64,000 nucleotides of DNA from the human T2T-CHM13v2.0 reference genome, Homo sapiens. Each line of letters begins with the position of its first letter. Positions within the stretch are counted from its first letter, which is position 1. The notes beneath the pieces are model-generated. The model did no database searches and was not told where the DNA came from. It saw nothing but the letters and a program-made list of their open reading frames with translations. The position numbers and the translations under genes are program-made. Of the stretch, positions 14,188 to 27,355 are shown one piece after another. The stretch is from the NCBI GenBank assembly GCA_009914755.4, contig CP068257.2:30048001-30112000 (forward strand), given 5' to 3'.

Positions 14188-14273
14188 CTGGATGCTGACC
14201 TAGATCTTGACTTTCTGTTATCAGACATATGTCGCTTAACCTCTTGAATACAAGGTTGTTCTACTTCCATTTC
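14188..14273 (-). CDS. SCAF4: SCAF4 exon 11: EMEVEQPCIQEVKRHMSDNRKSRSRSAS(R)
   Basis: Acceptor ttttaag|GAA, donor AG|gtaattt. 86 nt, phase 0 to 2. Overlaps ORF 14184..14402(-). Confidence 0.85.
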
Positions 14274-14796
14274 CTTAAAAAACAAAAACCATGATAAAAT
14301 GAGAAATTTAAAAAGTATAAAAGCAAGAGGACAAAATCTAACAAAAGCTATATTAAAAATCTCCTTCCCTGAAGCAATTCTCTTTTGGTTGCCTGGGACC
14401 AAATTACTAGTAACAACTGGCCATCACTGGGAAAAAAAAACAAAAACAAAAACCACTTTTATATTGTTTAAAAGATTAAAAGAAATATTTCTCTACTTCT
14501 GGTAAAGTTACTTTGCTTAAATTACATACCATTTTAATAAACCATTATCTAATGCAGTGAAGTAGGCACTAGTTAAGCCTTCAACACTCTATATCAAACC
14601 TCACAGAATCCTATGGAAGTTGGCAGTATTAGCATGTCCACTTTCCAGATGAAAAACCTGGAGCACTGAGAGGGTTTAATATGTACCCAGGTCTTTCTTC
14701 ATATTCAAAAATGAAGACAGCAAGCAAATAAGGAGAAATCTGCATATAAGTCAAGGCAACAAAAAAAGATAAAACTATCTGAGAATAAAGTTTTAC

Positions 14797-14964
14797 CTGC
14801 TGATGCGGCTTCTGTGTAAGTGGTTCATTTTGTGCCTGAAAAGAAGCTTGGAAAGGCTGCTGCACTGGTGGAGTTGGAGGAATCACAGGCTGAGCCATGG
14901 GAGGAAATGGAGGTGTAGGAAGAAGTCCAAATCCTGGCATTTGTCCATTAGGAGGAAGTGGAAC
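14797..14964 (-). CDS. SCAF4: SCAF4 exon 10: VPLPPNGQMPGFGLLPTPPFPPMAQPVIPPTPPVQQPFQASFQAQNEPLTQKPHQQ
   Basis: Acceptor tgaaag|GTT, donor CAG|gtaaaac. 168 nt, phase 0 to 0. Overlaps ORF 14629..14940(-). Confidence 0.85.
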
Positions 14965-16096
14965 CTTTCATTTTTAAAGAAAGTGTATGAGTAATAGCTA
15001 TCAAAATAATTTGGAAAACCTTTAGTTATATAAAACTAAAATATCCTCAATAAAGTTTGATCAAGGAAAAGTTACAACGACATTCAACATTGTTTAACAA
15101 TTTCCATATGTACAATTTCCACGCAAGAATTGTTACATACCAAGTATATAGGTTAAAAATCCTGTAACTCTTTTTAAAATTATGAACACACAGGTTTAGT
15201 TTTAAATATTTAAAGAAATACCTTCATTTACATAAGGAAGCAATGTGATAAACTGAACTTCAAGTCAGAAGTACTCCATTGCAAATGGTCTCTTTTCAGC
15301 TTTAAAGACAATTAAGCCTTTTGGGAGGAAAACTGGCTATCTAGAAGCAATGACTTCTAGGTTTACTTTAAAAAAAAATAATCAAGGGGGAATTTCAACT
15401 AACATACCCAACTTTTAGAGTTTCAAATAAAGTATCATAATAATAATGAAAGTAAACTACAATCTAACATATTTCTGCATGTCAGTTTAAACACAAATAA
15501 AACTATAAATATAATGCTTTAAGTATTCTTTCTAAATTATTTATGAACTTTCAGTAATTGTTAAACACTTGAAATAACAAAAATGCTTCCCACCCCATCC
15601 CCATAATTTAGATACAGAATCAAGTTTAAGAAACACTCAATGAGAGAATTTACTGGAACAAATTTATCTCTACTAACTTCCTGCAACTCTCCAGTGTGCT
15701 ATGTATGCTCCTTTTATTGCGGATTTCAAACTATATTCCTGAATGTTCAGAGCTCAGAGCCCTCTAAAGTATCTAACCACACAAAATACAGAAGGAAGGC
15801 CCTTCCAAGGGAAAAAGCTGTATAACTAAACAGGTCGGTTTCTTCAAATAGAACTGTAATCTCTACATTATTTTAACTAAAAAAATGCCTATTATTAAAA
15901 TATGAGCATGTGATTTTGGCATCCTTGTTTTAATTACAGAAAAAAGCAACTCAAAATAGTTACGTGTTCAACAGCTTTTATCAGAGATATAGTACGACTT
16001 AGCCAATTACATAGCTGCAGAGTGCTCTGTGGAATGCAAACCATACGCTCTATAATGAATAGATCTTTCTTTGAACTGCAAGAAAAATGCTTGTAC

Positions 16097-16205
16097 CTGA
16101 TGGTGCATTGGATCCTGTTGTATTCCCATCATTCGTGGCTGAAACTGATCCATATTTTGATGCTGTGTGTATGCTGGCTGCTGCATGCCATCTCCAGGAA
16201 AGCCA
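16097..16205 (-). CDS. SCAF4: SCAF4 exon 9: (F)GFPGDGMQQPAYTQHQNMDQFQPRMMGIQQDPMHHQ
   Basis: Acceptor tttttttag|T GGC, donor CAG|gtacaag. 109 nt, phase 2 to 0. Confidence 0.8.
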
Positions 16206-16552
16206 CTAAAAAAAGGTGGATAATCTTTTACCCATTCAAAAGCACAAGCTTCTCAGCCACACTTAAATTACAGAAACAGAGTGTTGTTCATGAGTCATTA
16301 ACATTTTACTGAACCATATATTTACCTATATATTAAATTTAATTTATAAACTCAGTATTATTCCCAACATAAAAGCCATTTTTTGGTTTTAAATCTTAAG
16401 AGGATCCCTTCCTCATTCAAGAGAAAACTAATACCACAAATTTTACAAAACAACTTCATAGAACATTGTTGTCATTGCTAAATGTTACTTAGGTTATGCC
16501 TTACAACTATTACCAATTTTCTATCTGCTGAGGAATAAAAAAAAAAACTAAC

Positions 16553-16734
16553 AATGGTGCCTGTGGAGGAGGAGGAGAGGCAGCAGCGGGTGCAGCAGCA
16601 GCAGGCACGGTGGCGGTGGGTGCAGGGGGTACTGCGGCAGCAGGTGCTGTCGTGGTGACGGCAGTGGTATCCTCTTTCTTTGATTCTTCCACAGCTTCTG
16701 GCTCATCATCATAGTCAAATCTATCAAGCAACTT
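16553..16734 (-). CDS. SCAF4: SCAF4 exon 8: KLLDRFDYDDEPEAVEESKKEDTTAVTTTAPAAAVPPAPTATVPAAAAPAAASPPPPQAP(F)
   Basis: Acceptor ttccag|AAG, donor TT|gttagt. 182 nt, phase 0 to 2. Paralogous to SCAF8 KKLMDRFDF. Confidence 0.85.
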
Positions 16735-19700
16735 CTGGAATAATTATGTCAATATTTCATTTTAAAATTTAGACTGATTCACTGCACAAAAAACTTTATG
16801 AAAACAAGGGATGTTTACCACCATCTAGAAACCCACATTGTCAAGCACAATCTTATTTTCCCTTATGCCCCTCAGGACCTTGGTTTGTAGATATAAACAA
16901 TTTTTACACAGATGCCAGTTTGGAAAACACACAGTGTTTTCATTCTGTTTTCCTTCCTCAATTGTAAGTACAGTGCTTTCTATTTTCTATTGGTGTATTT
17001 CACAAGTAATTTAGCAGCATACATGTTTTTCTAAAATACTCATTTCCCTAGCCTAAAAATGTCTGGAACTTTGTGCACATGAAAATGGGTATACATTTTC
17101 AGTCAGCATAAAATGTACAAAAAGACTGTCTTATTCAATCACCATAATGCATATAGAAAAGTGTCCATATACTGCTTCCTCAAGAATATACTAATATAAA
17201 AAAAGAAAAAAAATGGCAAGGACACAAAAAAGTCACTAGCAGTTCCTAAGAGGTTCGCTTGCTTCTTTCTCATAACTTCACAGCTTACCAGAAACTTTCA
17301 TGTAAAAAAAAATTCAAGAGACTTAATGAGATCACATATCTAGAAGAACAATTTTAAGTAAGATTTATTCAGAAAAAAGATAATGCTTAAATACCTACTA
17401 ATGTGTATCAGATCATATAGACTTCATCACAAGAACACTGCAATGTAGATAGTTTCTTCTTTTTTACAGACAAGGAAACAAAGGCTCAGGTGATTAAGAA
17501 ACATGATTAAGATTGCACAGTCAGTGAATGGTAGAATCAGGATGCGGACACTAGTCCTTTTGACTTCAAAGCCCTCAGTCTCTGGCTTTCAATAAGCAAT
17601 CTTTCCTTTCAAGCCGTGCTCATTCTGCTTATAGACTTCAACCTTAAATTCCTGAACCTTGTCATTCTATAATAGTTCTGCCTAGAGATTCTGGTTTTGC
17701 TTTATTGAACAACACATTTCTAAATCAAATGAAAAGTTCTGTCCTTAGACAACACAGTATATAGGACTAAACTAAGTGTAAAGTGTGTTTTGGGATAGAG
17801 CTAACTTATGTTTCTTTGTAGTTCTAGGCCAAGTGAGTAAAGTTCTTACAAATGAGCAAGTTAGTATTTTCTGAACAGGAACCATCACAGCCCAGGTACC
17901 TTGCTGTTTTACATATTTTTATTTAACCCTCATGGCAACAATAAAATATTTTTACTACCATCTTTATTTTACACTACTGAACAGTAAACATTAATTCAAC
18001 AACAGGACAGTCTGTAAGTAATTGGAGCCAAAATTAAAATCTGGTCAAAGTCGCCTATAAAAAACAAAACCTATGATCTTCACAGTTTATTACATATTAA
18101 TATGTTCTTTAAAGTTTGAAGAATACTGCTTTAAAATACTTAAAGCAATTAAAAAATTAAAATGGGGTCTACCCAAAAAGAAATTTTAGTTGCTTTTTAG
18201 GAAACTGAAGATCTATAAAGTAGCTGAAACAGACAAATTATTTCCAGTGAGAAGCTTGAAACAGACCTTTTTAGTCAAAAGAAAAGCACAGAATTCCTTT
18301 TTCTAAACTTATGGGCCAGTCCACTTAAGGTTAAATACTAGAGGAATTAGAATTCACATTAATAAGAGAAACATGCTCACCATCATGGCTTTTCCTAAAT
18401 TTACCTATAAATTCAAAGGAATTCTATACACTGACATAGAAATGTACAGAGTTTTCCAGTTCATCTGGAAAAGTATGCTGTGACTGTTAATTTTGTGTCA
18501 ACCTGCCTAGGTTATGTAGTACCCAGCTGTACAGTCAAACACTAATCTAGGTGTTGCTGTGAAGGTGTTTTTTTAGATGAGAAGGTGTTTTTTAGATGAA
18601 AGTAACAATAAATCAGTAGACTCTGAGTAAAGCAGATTACTCTCAATAATGAGTGGGCCTCAATCAATCAGTTGAAGGCATTAAGAATAAGAACTGAGAT
18701 AGAGGGAATTATCCTCAGCAGTGCAACAGAGAAACCCTGGCCTGAGTTTTTAGTCTGCTATCCTGCAAATTCAGACTCAGGCCTACAATGTTAACTCCTG
18801 AATTTCCAGCCTGCTGACCTGCCCTGCAAATTTCAAATTTGCTAGTCCCTACAACTGCGTGAGCCAGTTTCTTAAGATAAATCTATCTTTCATTCAAGAA
18901 TCTAGATAGACAGATGCAGATGTAGATTCAATTACTGGTTCTGTTTCCCTGGAACTCTTGACTAATACACTTCATGATAAATGAACAAAGTTTGAAAAAG
19001 TATGAGGGGGAGTTTGAAAAAGAGTGAAGTGGGAGGGGGAGAGACGGGATACCAGGAAATGAAAGACAGTCTGTCACAAGAATTATTATGATGCAGAAAT
19101 AAACAAATATATTAGTGGGATAGAACAGTGTCCAGAGATAAGACACAGAAACATACAGGAATTTAGTGTATAAAAAAGTAGTGAGGGAGAACTGGCTATT
19201 TTCAAAAACATAATGGTTTAACTATCTTCAACCATATTCTAAAACAGATTCCAGAGGGACTGAACAGACAATCATAAAAAAAACCTTACTAGAATATAGA
19301 AATCTTTTCTAATACAAATGAGGAGTTTTCCTAATCACAACATAAAACAAAAAACTAGGAAAACCAAATATGTGAGTTTATGTTCGTATGTGCATGCAAA
19401 CAAGAGTGCAAGAATATACACGAACAAATCTGTTCAAACTGCAGTGTGGAATTCTTTCCTTATTTTATAACTTTCTGTATTATTTGTTTTTTTTTTTTTC
19501 TGCAAGTATATATTTCCTTTTTACTCAAAAAAATGTATCCAACTTTTGTTTAATCAGTCATCACTCATAAATCACTAAGATATAATGAAAACTGGTATTT
19601 ACTAGGTGGATTTTTAATTTAGACTATTGGCAATAAAGTCCTTCTGTTTTTATAGTTAGGATGTTGGAAAGAATCAGATATTTTAAAGATGATGAAACCA

Positions 19701-19944
19701 AAGGCATCAGTTCTGATTTTCAAACTTTTGAGTTTTTTTGCAGTGAAAACTGAAAAGTCAAATGATGTTTTATAAAGCCATAAACCAAATAAAACAGACA
19801 AGAGTGGAGCTGTTAGGGTTAAATTTCAATGAGAAGCTCTAAGCTGTTCAGCATATCCATATCCTTAGTGGCAGCTTCTTAAACATGCCTAAGAAACCTA
19901 TAGGCCCGATAGAGCAGCTGAGACACTGACCTAACTCAAATCCT

Positions 19945-20428
<484 letters not shown>

Positions 20429-20980
20429 TGAATGTCTATTAGTAGTGGAATGGCTGAACTGTAATGTGCCCATGTAGTGGAATACTATGTATTACATGCA
20501 TTCAGTAAAAATGTAGATCTAAATCCACTATTAACCTTAACAACAACAAAAAAGATACAAGAGTATTAACACCAAAACAAGTGGGTATGTATTATACTCA
20601 ATTAAAGAAAAGCATGTATCTGTAGGAAATTAATTCTGAAAAGATGTAAGGCAAAATGTTACACAGTAATCCCCAAGTATTGGGGTTAATGAAGAATTTT
20701 CTGTTTCCTTTACTCCCTAACTTTTTCTTTTTTTTTTTTTTTTCACTTTTTTAATTTTACACTAGTAAATTCAGCTTCAAACCCTGGAAATTTTTGCACT
20801 GAGCACATATCACATTTAAAACCAGGGAAAATAATCGATGTTTTCTTGTTGAGGGGGAAAATCTCTCAAATTACAAAACGACATAATGAACAATCCACAG
20901 AAGGGATACAGAAGTGATAATTTCCATAACTCAAGTTGAGTGATATAAATGGTGGGGTGGGTTATGTGAGAGAAATATAC

Positions 20981-21157
20981 CTTGTCAAATGCAGTTTTCT
21001 GTTCAGGTGGGGGGAAAGCAGCTTTTTGTTCAGATGGTTGTGTAGGAGTTGTCTTTAACTGAGCTGTGATAGCCTGAACCTGAGCCATCACAGCATTGTC
21101 AAGGGCAGGAGACTGTGGTTTTGGAGGCTGTTGAAAAGTCTGAAGGATCTGCTGAAG
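20981..21157 (-). CDS. SCAF4: SCAF4 exon 7: LQQILQTFQQPPKPQSPALDNAVMAQVQAITAQLKTTPTQPSEQKAAFPPPEQKTAFDK
   Basis: Acceptor tttaag|CTT, donor AAG|gtatat. 177 nt, phase 0 to 0. Overlaps ORF 20816..21193(-). Confidence 0.9.
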
Positions 21158-21761
21158 CTTAAAGAATGGGAAAACCAATAAATCACAGAACAAAGTATAA
21201 TCATACTATCAAAAGTTAATTTAATAAAAAAATGTCTTAAAGGTGATTCAAAGTAGCATAGGCACAGAACAAATTGGGGAAAAAATCCTTTTATGAATGG
21301 TTAAATTTGTTGTGAATGAATATACAGAGATATAATGTGCATTTCTTAAGGTTAAAAATGTATGCTGACAATGTCAATGATATGATGGTCAAAAAAAGAG
21401 AAAATACACTGAATTGTGAACAAAGTAAGCATAAGTTTTCTAGAAAAATGGAAAAATTCTCTCCGTTAAAAATAATTTTGAAATCCATCAGAAATGCTAG
21501 AATTGTGAGCAACATGAGCCACTTAGTAGTTCTAAAGTCCTCTTCAAAGAGGTACTGTCATTTCTAAGTGTGTTGTTCCCTTGTTTATCACTTCTACATT
21601 TTCCCTGTTCCTCCTACATTACTTCTCTTGTGAAGGCTTTTCTAGTTGAAAAGCAGACGTATTTTCTCCTTTCAATGTGCTTATTAATGAAGAATAGAAA
21701 ACAAGAAGTGACAACAGTACCTAGTCCTGCAAACAATTTCACTTTTGAGTAGACAGTTTAC

Positions 21762-21904
21762 CTGTTGGCCTTGAGTTGTCTGAAACAGCTGAGCCACAGC
21801 AGCAAAAGCATCAGAGCTGGGCAACTGTGGTACAGCTGGGACGGAGTTTGGAGTGGCTTGTGTGGGAGGTTCAGAAGAAACTTTTACTGGAGGTGGAGGT
21901 GAGC
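21762..21904 (-). CDS. SCAF4: SCAF4 exon 6: (G)SPPPPVKVSSEPPTQATPNSVPAVPQLPSSDAFAAVAQLFQTTQGQQ
   Basis: Acceptor ttttttag|GC, donor CAG|gtaaac. 143 nt, phase 1 to 0. Overlaps ORF 21684..21923(-). Confidence 0.9.
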
Positions 21905-22229
21905 CTAAAAAAGAAAAGGGCATTAAGGCCTAAAAAAAAAGTTAACCTACAAGTTTTCCTAATTAAGCTTCTTTGCTAAAATAACATTTTATCCAATTTA
22001 ACAAAGTATAAAATATAGAGATTGTGGCACTAGAGTTTATACTGTAACAACTACCAGAAGAGCAGACCTTTATTATAAATAGGAATTATGGAAAGAAAAT
22101 CATACCTTCCAAGATGTAAACTCAAGTTTCCTTCTTATAGAAAAATTCCTTCAATACACATAAACTCTGACTGTTTCATGTGCAAAAAATCATACCATTG
22201 TGTGAGCTCACAGATACATCTGACCATAC

Positions 22230-22365
22230 CTTCATTATTGGTAACATTTTCTGCTACTGGGGCTGCATTACTGGTTCCCGCTGCCATGTCCAAAAGAGGT
22301 TGAATAATTTCAATTTTGAACACTCCATTTTTTTGCCAAAGGTTCAGCACACGAACTATTTTACT
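22230..22365 (-). CDS. SCAF4: SCAF4 exon 5: SKIVRVLNLWQKNGVFKIEIIQPLLDMAAGTSNAAPVAENVTNNE(G)
   Basis: Acceptor aacag|AGT, donor G|gtatgg. 136 nt, ends in phase 1. Overlaps six-frame ORF 22135..22350(-). Confidence 0.9.
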
Positions 22366-23750
22366 CTGTTACGCATGAGAAACACAAATATACAATAAAT
22401 ATTTGCATAAATAACCGATTATACTCTTACAAAAAAAAGAGAGGAAAACTCCCTAGGCTAATATTTCCATACTATGTGTGTTTCATAAACAAGGAAAAAA
22501 AAAAATCAGAATTACAACCTGGTTAAACTAATTAGTCTTTCTTCAGTGGTATCATCTAGAGTAAGGAACAGAGATGGACTATAGACCCAGACAATAAAAA
22601 GAAATTTATTATTTGACATTTTCATTTTATTTTACTTATGGTTACAAATAAACTATCACTGACCCCCCAAAAAAAAGCTATCTTGAAGTAAATGAAGGAG
22701 AATTTCTTCAGAGTAATTATAACAGCTAAAATATTTAAGCAACTGGCCTGTAGTCAAAACTTAAATTATGTGGCCAAGCAAATATGAAGATCCAGAGAAT
22801 ATATGTTATTCATGGGCACAACTTTTATCTTTACTCAAGGAATCATCTTGGTTTTGGGTGTATTTTTCCCACAAGAGCATTCTTCCAAGAATATAAAAAC
22901 AGCACCTATGACACTGAAATTTATATGCTGTTTATTGTAAATGTCTCCGTTCTTCATTATTCTGAGTATGTTTACTAGTATAATTCCTCCTATCTACTTA
23001 TAGTCAGCTACTATATCTGTAATGTTTTTCTACTTTTATATAGTATGTTGTAAAGCCAACTGTATATATAAGGAATTAAATACTGTAGTCTGATTGCTAA
23101 TGAATACCACTTAAACTTTAGTATCTCTATATGTTGGGGAAGAACATCTATTATTGGCTCTTTCTTTCTGGAATAACCACAATCAGATGATCGCTGTCTT
23201 TTCCTACTGCACAATTTCTTCCTTACTCAACTACACAAGCACATCTTTCCAACGATATCTTCTTTAAAGATGATGCGCCTTTCATATTATTTTTTAAAAA
23301 TTTTACTTTACTGTGGTAAGAACACTTAACATGAGATCTACTCACTTAGCCAATTTTTAAGTGTACAATACAGAATTGTTAACTATAGGTACAAGGTTGT
23401 TCAGCAGATCTCTACAACCTATTCATCTTGCTTAACTGAAATGTCATACCTATTGATTAGCAGCTCCTAATGTTTCCCTTACCCCTAGTCCCTGGCAACC
23501 ACTATTAAACTCTTTGATTCTATAAATTTTGTTCCTGTCATATTTCAACAGTATGACTGATAATCCTGAAGAACTCATAAGAAAATAAACACGAAATGAC
23601 CACTGAAGAAAAAAACTGTTTTGTTTCAAGCTCACAGACATCGCTACATGAAAATCTTATCTGGTAATATAGTAGGCTCCAAATATCTAACATACATTTA
23701 AAATAATATTTTTTAAAGAATACAAGTTTTAGTTTAAAAATTAATTATAC

Positions 23751-23912
23751 CTTATCTTCAGATGGACAAAGATATAAATATTGGAATGTGGCAGTTATGT
23801 TTTTAGAGAATCTTGGCCCAAAAACATCTTTATCAGTTCCAAACTGATGACGAGACTGTCGCACAATTGAGTCAATTACATATAATCCCGGAACCTTGTA
23901 TTCTGGTTTACA
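23751..23912 (-). CDS. SCAF4: SCAF4 exon 4: CKPEYKVPGLYVIDSIVRQSRHQFGTDKDVFGPRFSKNITATFQYLYLCPSEDK
   Basis: Acceptor ccttgcag|TGT, donor AAG|gtataa. 162 nt, phase 0 to 0. Conserved CID-domain motif KVPGLYVIDSIVRQS shared with SCAF8. Confidence 0.9.
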
Positions 23913-25408
23913 CTGCAAGGATAAAGATGTAAGATCAGTACAGAAAAAGCAAAGTCACAATCTGACACCCATTATTTTCACATTTATGAAACTTTTATAT
24001 ATCCATCCAATGATTGCTTTTGTTTAAAAACTACTTGAATGTTTCAGCTCTCTAAATGGCTAACTTGTCAAATTTCCCATGTCTATAATGGAACTACCAT
24101 TCTCTTGATACTACTGACCCCCAAGATTTTACTCTTCTTTGATTTCTCTACTTCCCTACACCCAATGTCCCAAAATCGACATTACTTTACCAATCCTTAA
24201 GCCAGTTCCATATAAATTCACTTATTATGATAGTCTCTACAATTCACCCTGCTCAAAAAGGTAATTTTTATCTTTCAAAATTAACAAAACATTTTTTAAC
24301 ATATCAATTTTAATTCTATTACAGTACCAAATAAAAATTAAAAACAAGAAGTAGTTTTTGGCTAACCGAACTGACAACAGCAGAGAAAAGCAGAGAAACA
24401 GACACCTATATATATTTCTGGTGGTAGTGGAAACAGGTATAACCCTTTATAGAAGACAATTTAGCAATAAAAGCAAAGTCTTATTTAATCCACCAATTCT
24501 ACATCTAGGAATTTATGCAAAAAAAAAAAAAATTAGGTCTAACAACTCAGAAAATGGCTGTGTGCATCACTGTAACAACCGCAGAGGAGTATTTTGCAAC
24601 TGTTTATGATAAACTCAGTGGGAAAAGCAGCCTAACAACCAGTATTATGTCCATTTTTACTTTTATAAATGTACATGTACATAAAAAATAAATCCAAATG
24701 TATTAATAAATATTGCAGTTAATTTGTTGACAGTGCCTATAGGTAATTTTTTCCATTTTATTTATTTGTACTTTGATGTACTACTATGCAAAGCGTTTAC
24801 TAACCATCTTTTTTGCCTGTTGGAACTTTAACTTTTATACCTAAGCCAGTATACAAGGGCCATGGATTAGAGACATTTTTATAAACACTGATTAGTAGGT
24901 ACTACATGTCACAGCTCCAGGTCAGGGGTTAAGACAAAGATGTCTCAGTCTCTGTTTTCTATTTTCTACTGAGACAGATGTGTGCCAATCACACAGTTAT
25001 AAAACAACAGACAGCTGAACTGAAAATAATTTTATTCTGATGGGAAAAGGGAAAAATTGGGAAAATTTGACAAAGTAATTTCATTTGAAATACTCAAAGG
25101 TGAGTTAAACACCTAAATGTCAACAGCAGTCAGGGCAAGGGGGTAGAGTAAGCACTTCAGGTTTAGGGAAGGGTCATAACCAACATATAAGAAACTGCTG
25201 TGAGTTGAGTGCTAAGTTCACAGTAAGTTAAGTACCAATTAATGGTACTGCTAAAAATGTGTTTTTATAAACTTCTAGTGATTAAAAAGAACCTCTAGTG
25301 ACTAAATTTTTATGAAGTGGTTTAGAAACAAGCATTGAGATTAAAATTTACAAAGTAAATTACAAATCATATTGTAACTAAAATGAGGTTATAATGAGAG
25401 ATAGTTAC

Positions 25409-25453
25409 CTTTTTGATGAACTTTTCTACTATTTGAACTACATGCTTATAAAG
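25409..25453 (-). CDS. SCAF4: SCAF4 exon 3: LYKHVVQIVEKFIKK
   Basis: Acceptor tttcag|CTT, donor AAG|gtaact. 45 nt, phase 0 to 0. Confidence 0.85.
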
Positions 25454-25894
25454 CTGAAAAGAATTAAGAGAAAATTACTGTTCAGTTTACTTATTTCTAC
25501 ATTTCCTATAATTAGAAAATTCTTAAAACTCTGAAATCTATACAATCTAAATATTATCAATACTGAATGAACCATGAGAAATACATAATAAAAAATTTAA
25601 TATTAAAAAACTCAGAGAAAAATAAACTAAAAACAGAAAACTACAAAAATTCCCCAAACAGAAGATCCCTTTTCTTAAATTTTAAATCAATAAACCTTCA
25701 TGAAGCAGAATATTTGGCAACCTTATGGGACAAAACCAATGGATTAGAGCTAAACAATGTAGTTTCTAAAATAAGTCACATTTTAAAGTGTGATTTTGGG
25801 TAAGACATTTAACTTCATGGAGCTTGAATTTTTTCTCTTTAAATAAAAATGAAACTAAATAGTTGGTTTATGATAAGGAATAAATGAAAATTTA

Positions 25895-26072
<178 letters not shown>

Positions 26073-26259
26073 ACCACACTGCTTTGAAACAATATGTTAC
26101 AATGCAAATGCACGCTTATCATGTACCTTCAGCAAAGGCTGGTTAGGGCTCTTTGATTTAGGCCTGAACTAATTCACAAGTTGACTTCTCATGTTTAAAA
26201 GTAATAAATATTTTCAAAATTTCAAAAAGATTTCTCAAATTGCTTTATTTTATCATTAC

Positions 26260-26343
26260 CTTAATAGCTTTAATAGCAGCTTTAGTGATGAGAATCATCT
26301 TGGCTCTAGAGATGGGAGGTTTCATATCCATAAGCGAAAAGAG
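26260..26343 (-). CDS. SCAF4: SCAF4 exon 2: LFSLMDMKPPISRAKMILITKAAIKAIK (CID domain)
   Basis: Acceptor ttttaag|CTC, donor AAG|gtaatg. Phase 0 to 0, 84 nt. Confidence 0.85.
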
Positions 26344-26439
26344 CTTAAAAGACAAAAAACAAACAAAAAGTAAAGTTTAACTATTTGGCTAGTAAATAAG
26401 CACCTTTCCTACATATCTACATCACCACTTGGAAAATAC

Positions 26440-27165
26440 AAACGGGGCCGGGGTGGTGAGGGGGGTCTTAGCAGCTAGGGCAGCAGGAAGAGCTTTGGTG
26501 GCCAGGCACCCAGCACACACCCTCCCCACTGCCGTGATACCCAAGAAGAAGGTTAGCTCTGCCAAAGGGGTGGCGAAGGGGTAGTGAAATGAAGGAAGAG
26601 CCCAAGAGGCAATCGGCATGGCTGTCAGCTAAACCTGCTCCTGCAAAAGTGGAAATGAGGCTGAAAAAAGGCAGCAGAAGTATAAATCCTTAGACAAAGA
26701 TGTGCAAACAAAAGGGAAAGGGAGGGGGAGCAAAGAGAAAACAGACTCAAGTGACTAACCAAGAAACTAAAGATTTACCTGCAGAAAACGGAGAAACTAA
26801 AACCAATGAGAGTCCAGCCTCTGATGAAGCCAGAGAAAGAAGCCAAGTCTACTCAGTACATACCATGTCTTATCAGTGGTCTCTGTCTCCCCTCTCTTCA
26901 ATCCAGAGGAGTATTTTTATCAACTATTTTGTAAATGCAAGATTTTAGTAGGTCTAGAAACATTTTTAAGGAGGGAATCCCAGTTCATCCCATTTTTTAT
27001 GTATAAATGCTTTTTTTTAAGAGGTAAAATCATTCACTGGTTGTTTACTTTATTTTTTGGTACAACCAGAACAGAGTGTGGGATGTTGTATTATGGGAGG
27101 CTTTGACTGTCTTGGGTGTCAGCTTAACATTCCATAGATGGGGGGGTTACTTTTTATATCCTATA
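26440..27165 (+). pseudogene. HMGN1 (HMG14) processed pseudogene, intronless retrocopy lying in SCAF4 intron 1, antisense to SCAF4
   Basis: The plus strand reads atacccaagaagaaggttagctctgcc...gtcagctaaacct..gcaaaagtggaa...gcaaacaaaagggaaag..caaagagaaaacag...aaccaagaaactaaagatttacctgcagaaaacggagaaactaaaaccaatgagagtccagcctctgatgaagccagagaaagaagccaagtct. This is collinear with the HMGN1 ORF (MPKRKVSSAEGAAKEEPKRRSARLSAKPPAKVEAKPKKAAAKDKSSDKKVQTKGKRGAKGKQAEVANQETKEDLPAENGETKTEESPASDEAGEKEAKSD). The ATG is mutated to ATA, there are in-frame TAG TGA stops and frameshifts, and no introns. 3'UTR-like sequence continues to ~27165, where an Alu fragment abuts. Confidence 0.8.
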
Positions 27166-27167
27166 AT

Positions 27168-27355
27168 GTCTCTACTAAATATACAAATATTAGCCAGCCA
27201 TGGTGGCGCACACCTGTAATCCCAGCTACTCAGGAGGCTGAGGCATGAGAACTGCTTGAACCCAGGAGGTGGAGGTTGCAGTGAGCCAAGACTGCATCAC
27301 TGCACTCCAGCCTGGGCAACAGAGCAAGACTTTGTTTCCAAAAAACACAAACAAA
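27168..27355 (+). mobile_element. Alu SINE, 5'-truncated (starts in left-monomer 3' end), abuts the HMGN1 retrocopy
   Basis: tctctactaaatatacaaatattagccagccatggtggcgcacacctgtaatcccagctactcaggaggctgagg... Confidence 0.85.

Noticed and set aside
24358-24609. Plus-strand 83-aa ORF and surrounding AT-rich block in intron 3, possibly an old DNA-transposon/MER relic
   Set aside because: I could not match it confidently to a repeat consensus or to any protein, so it is left unannotated.
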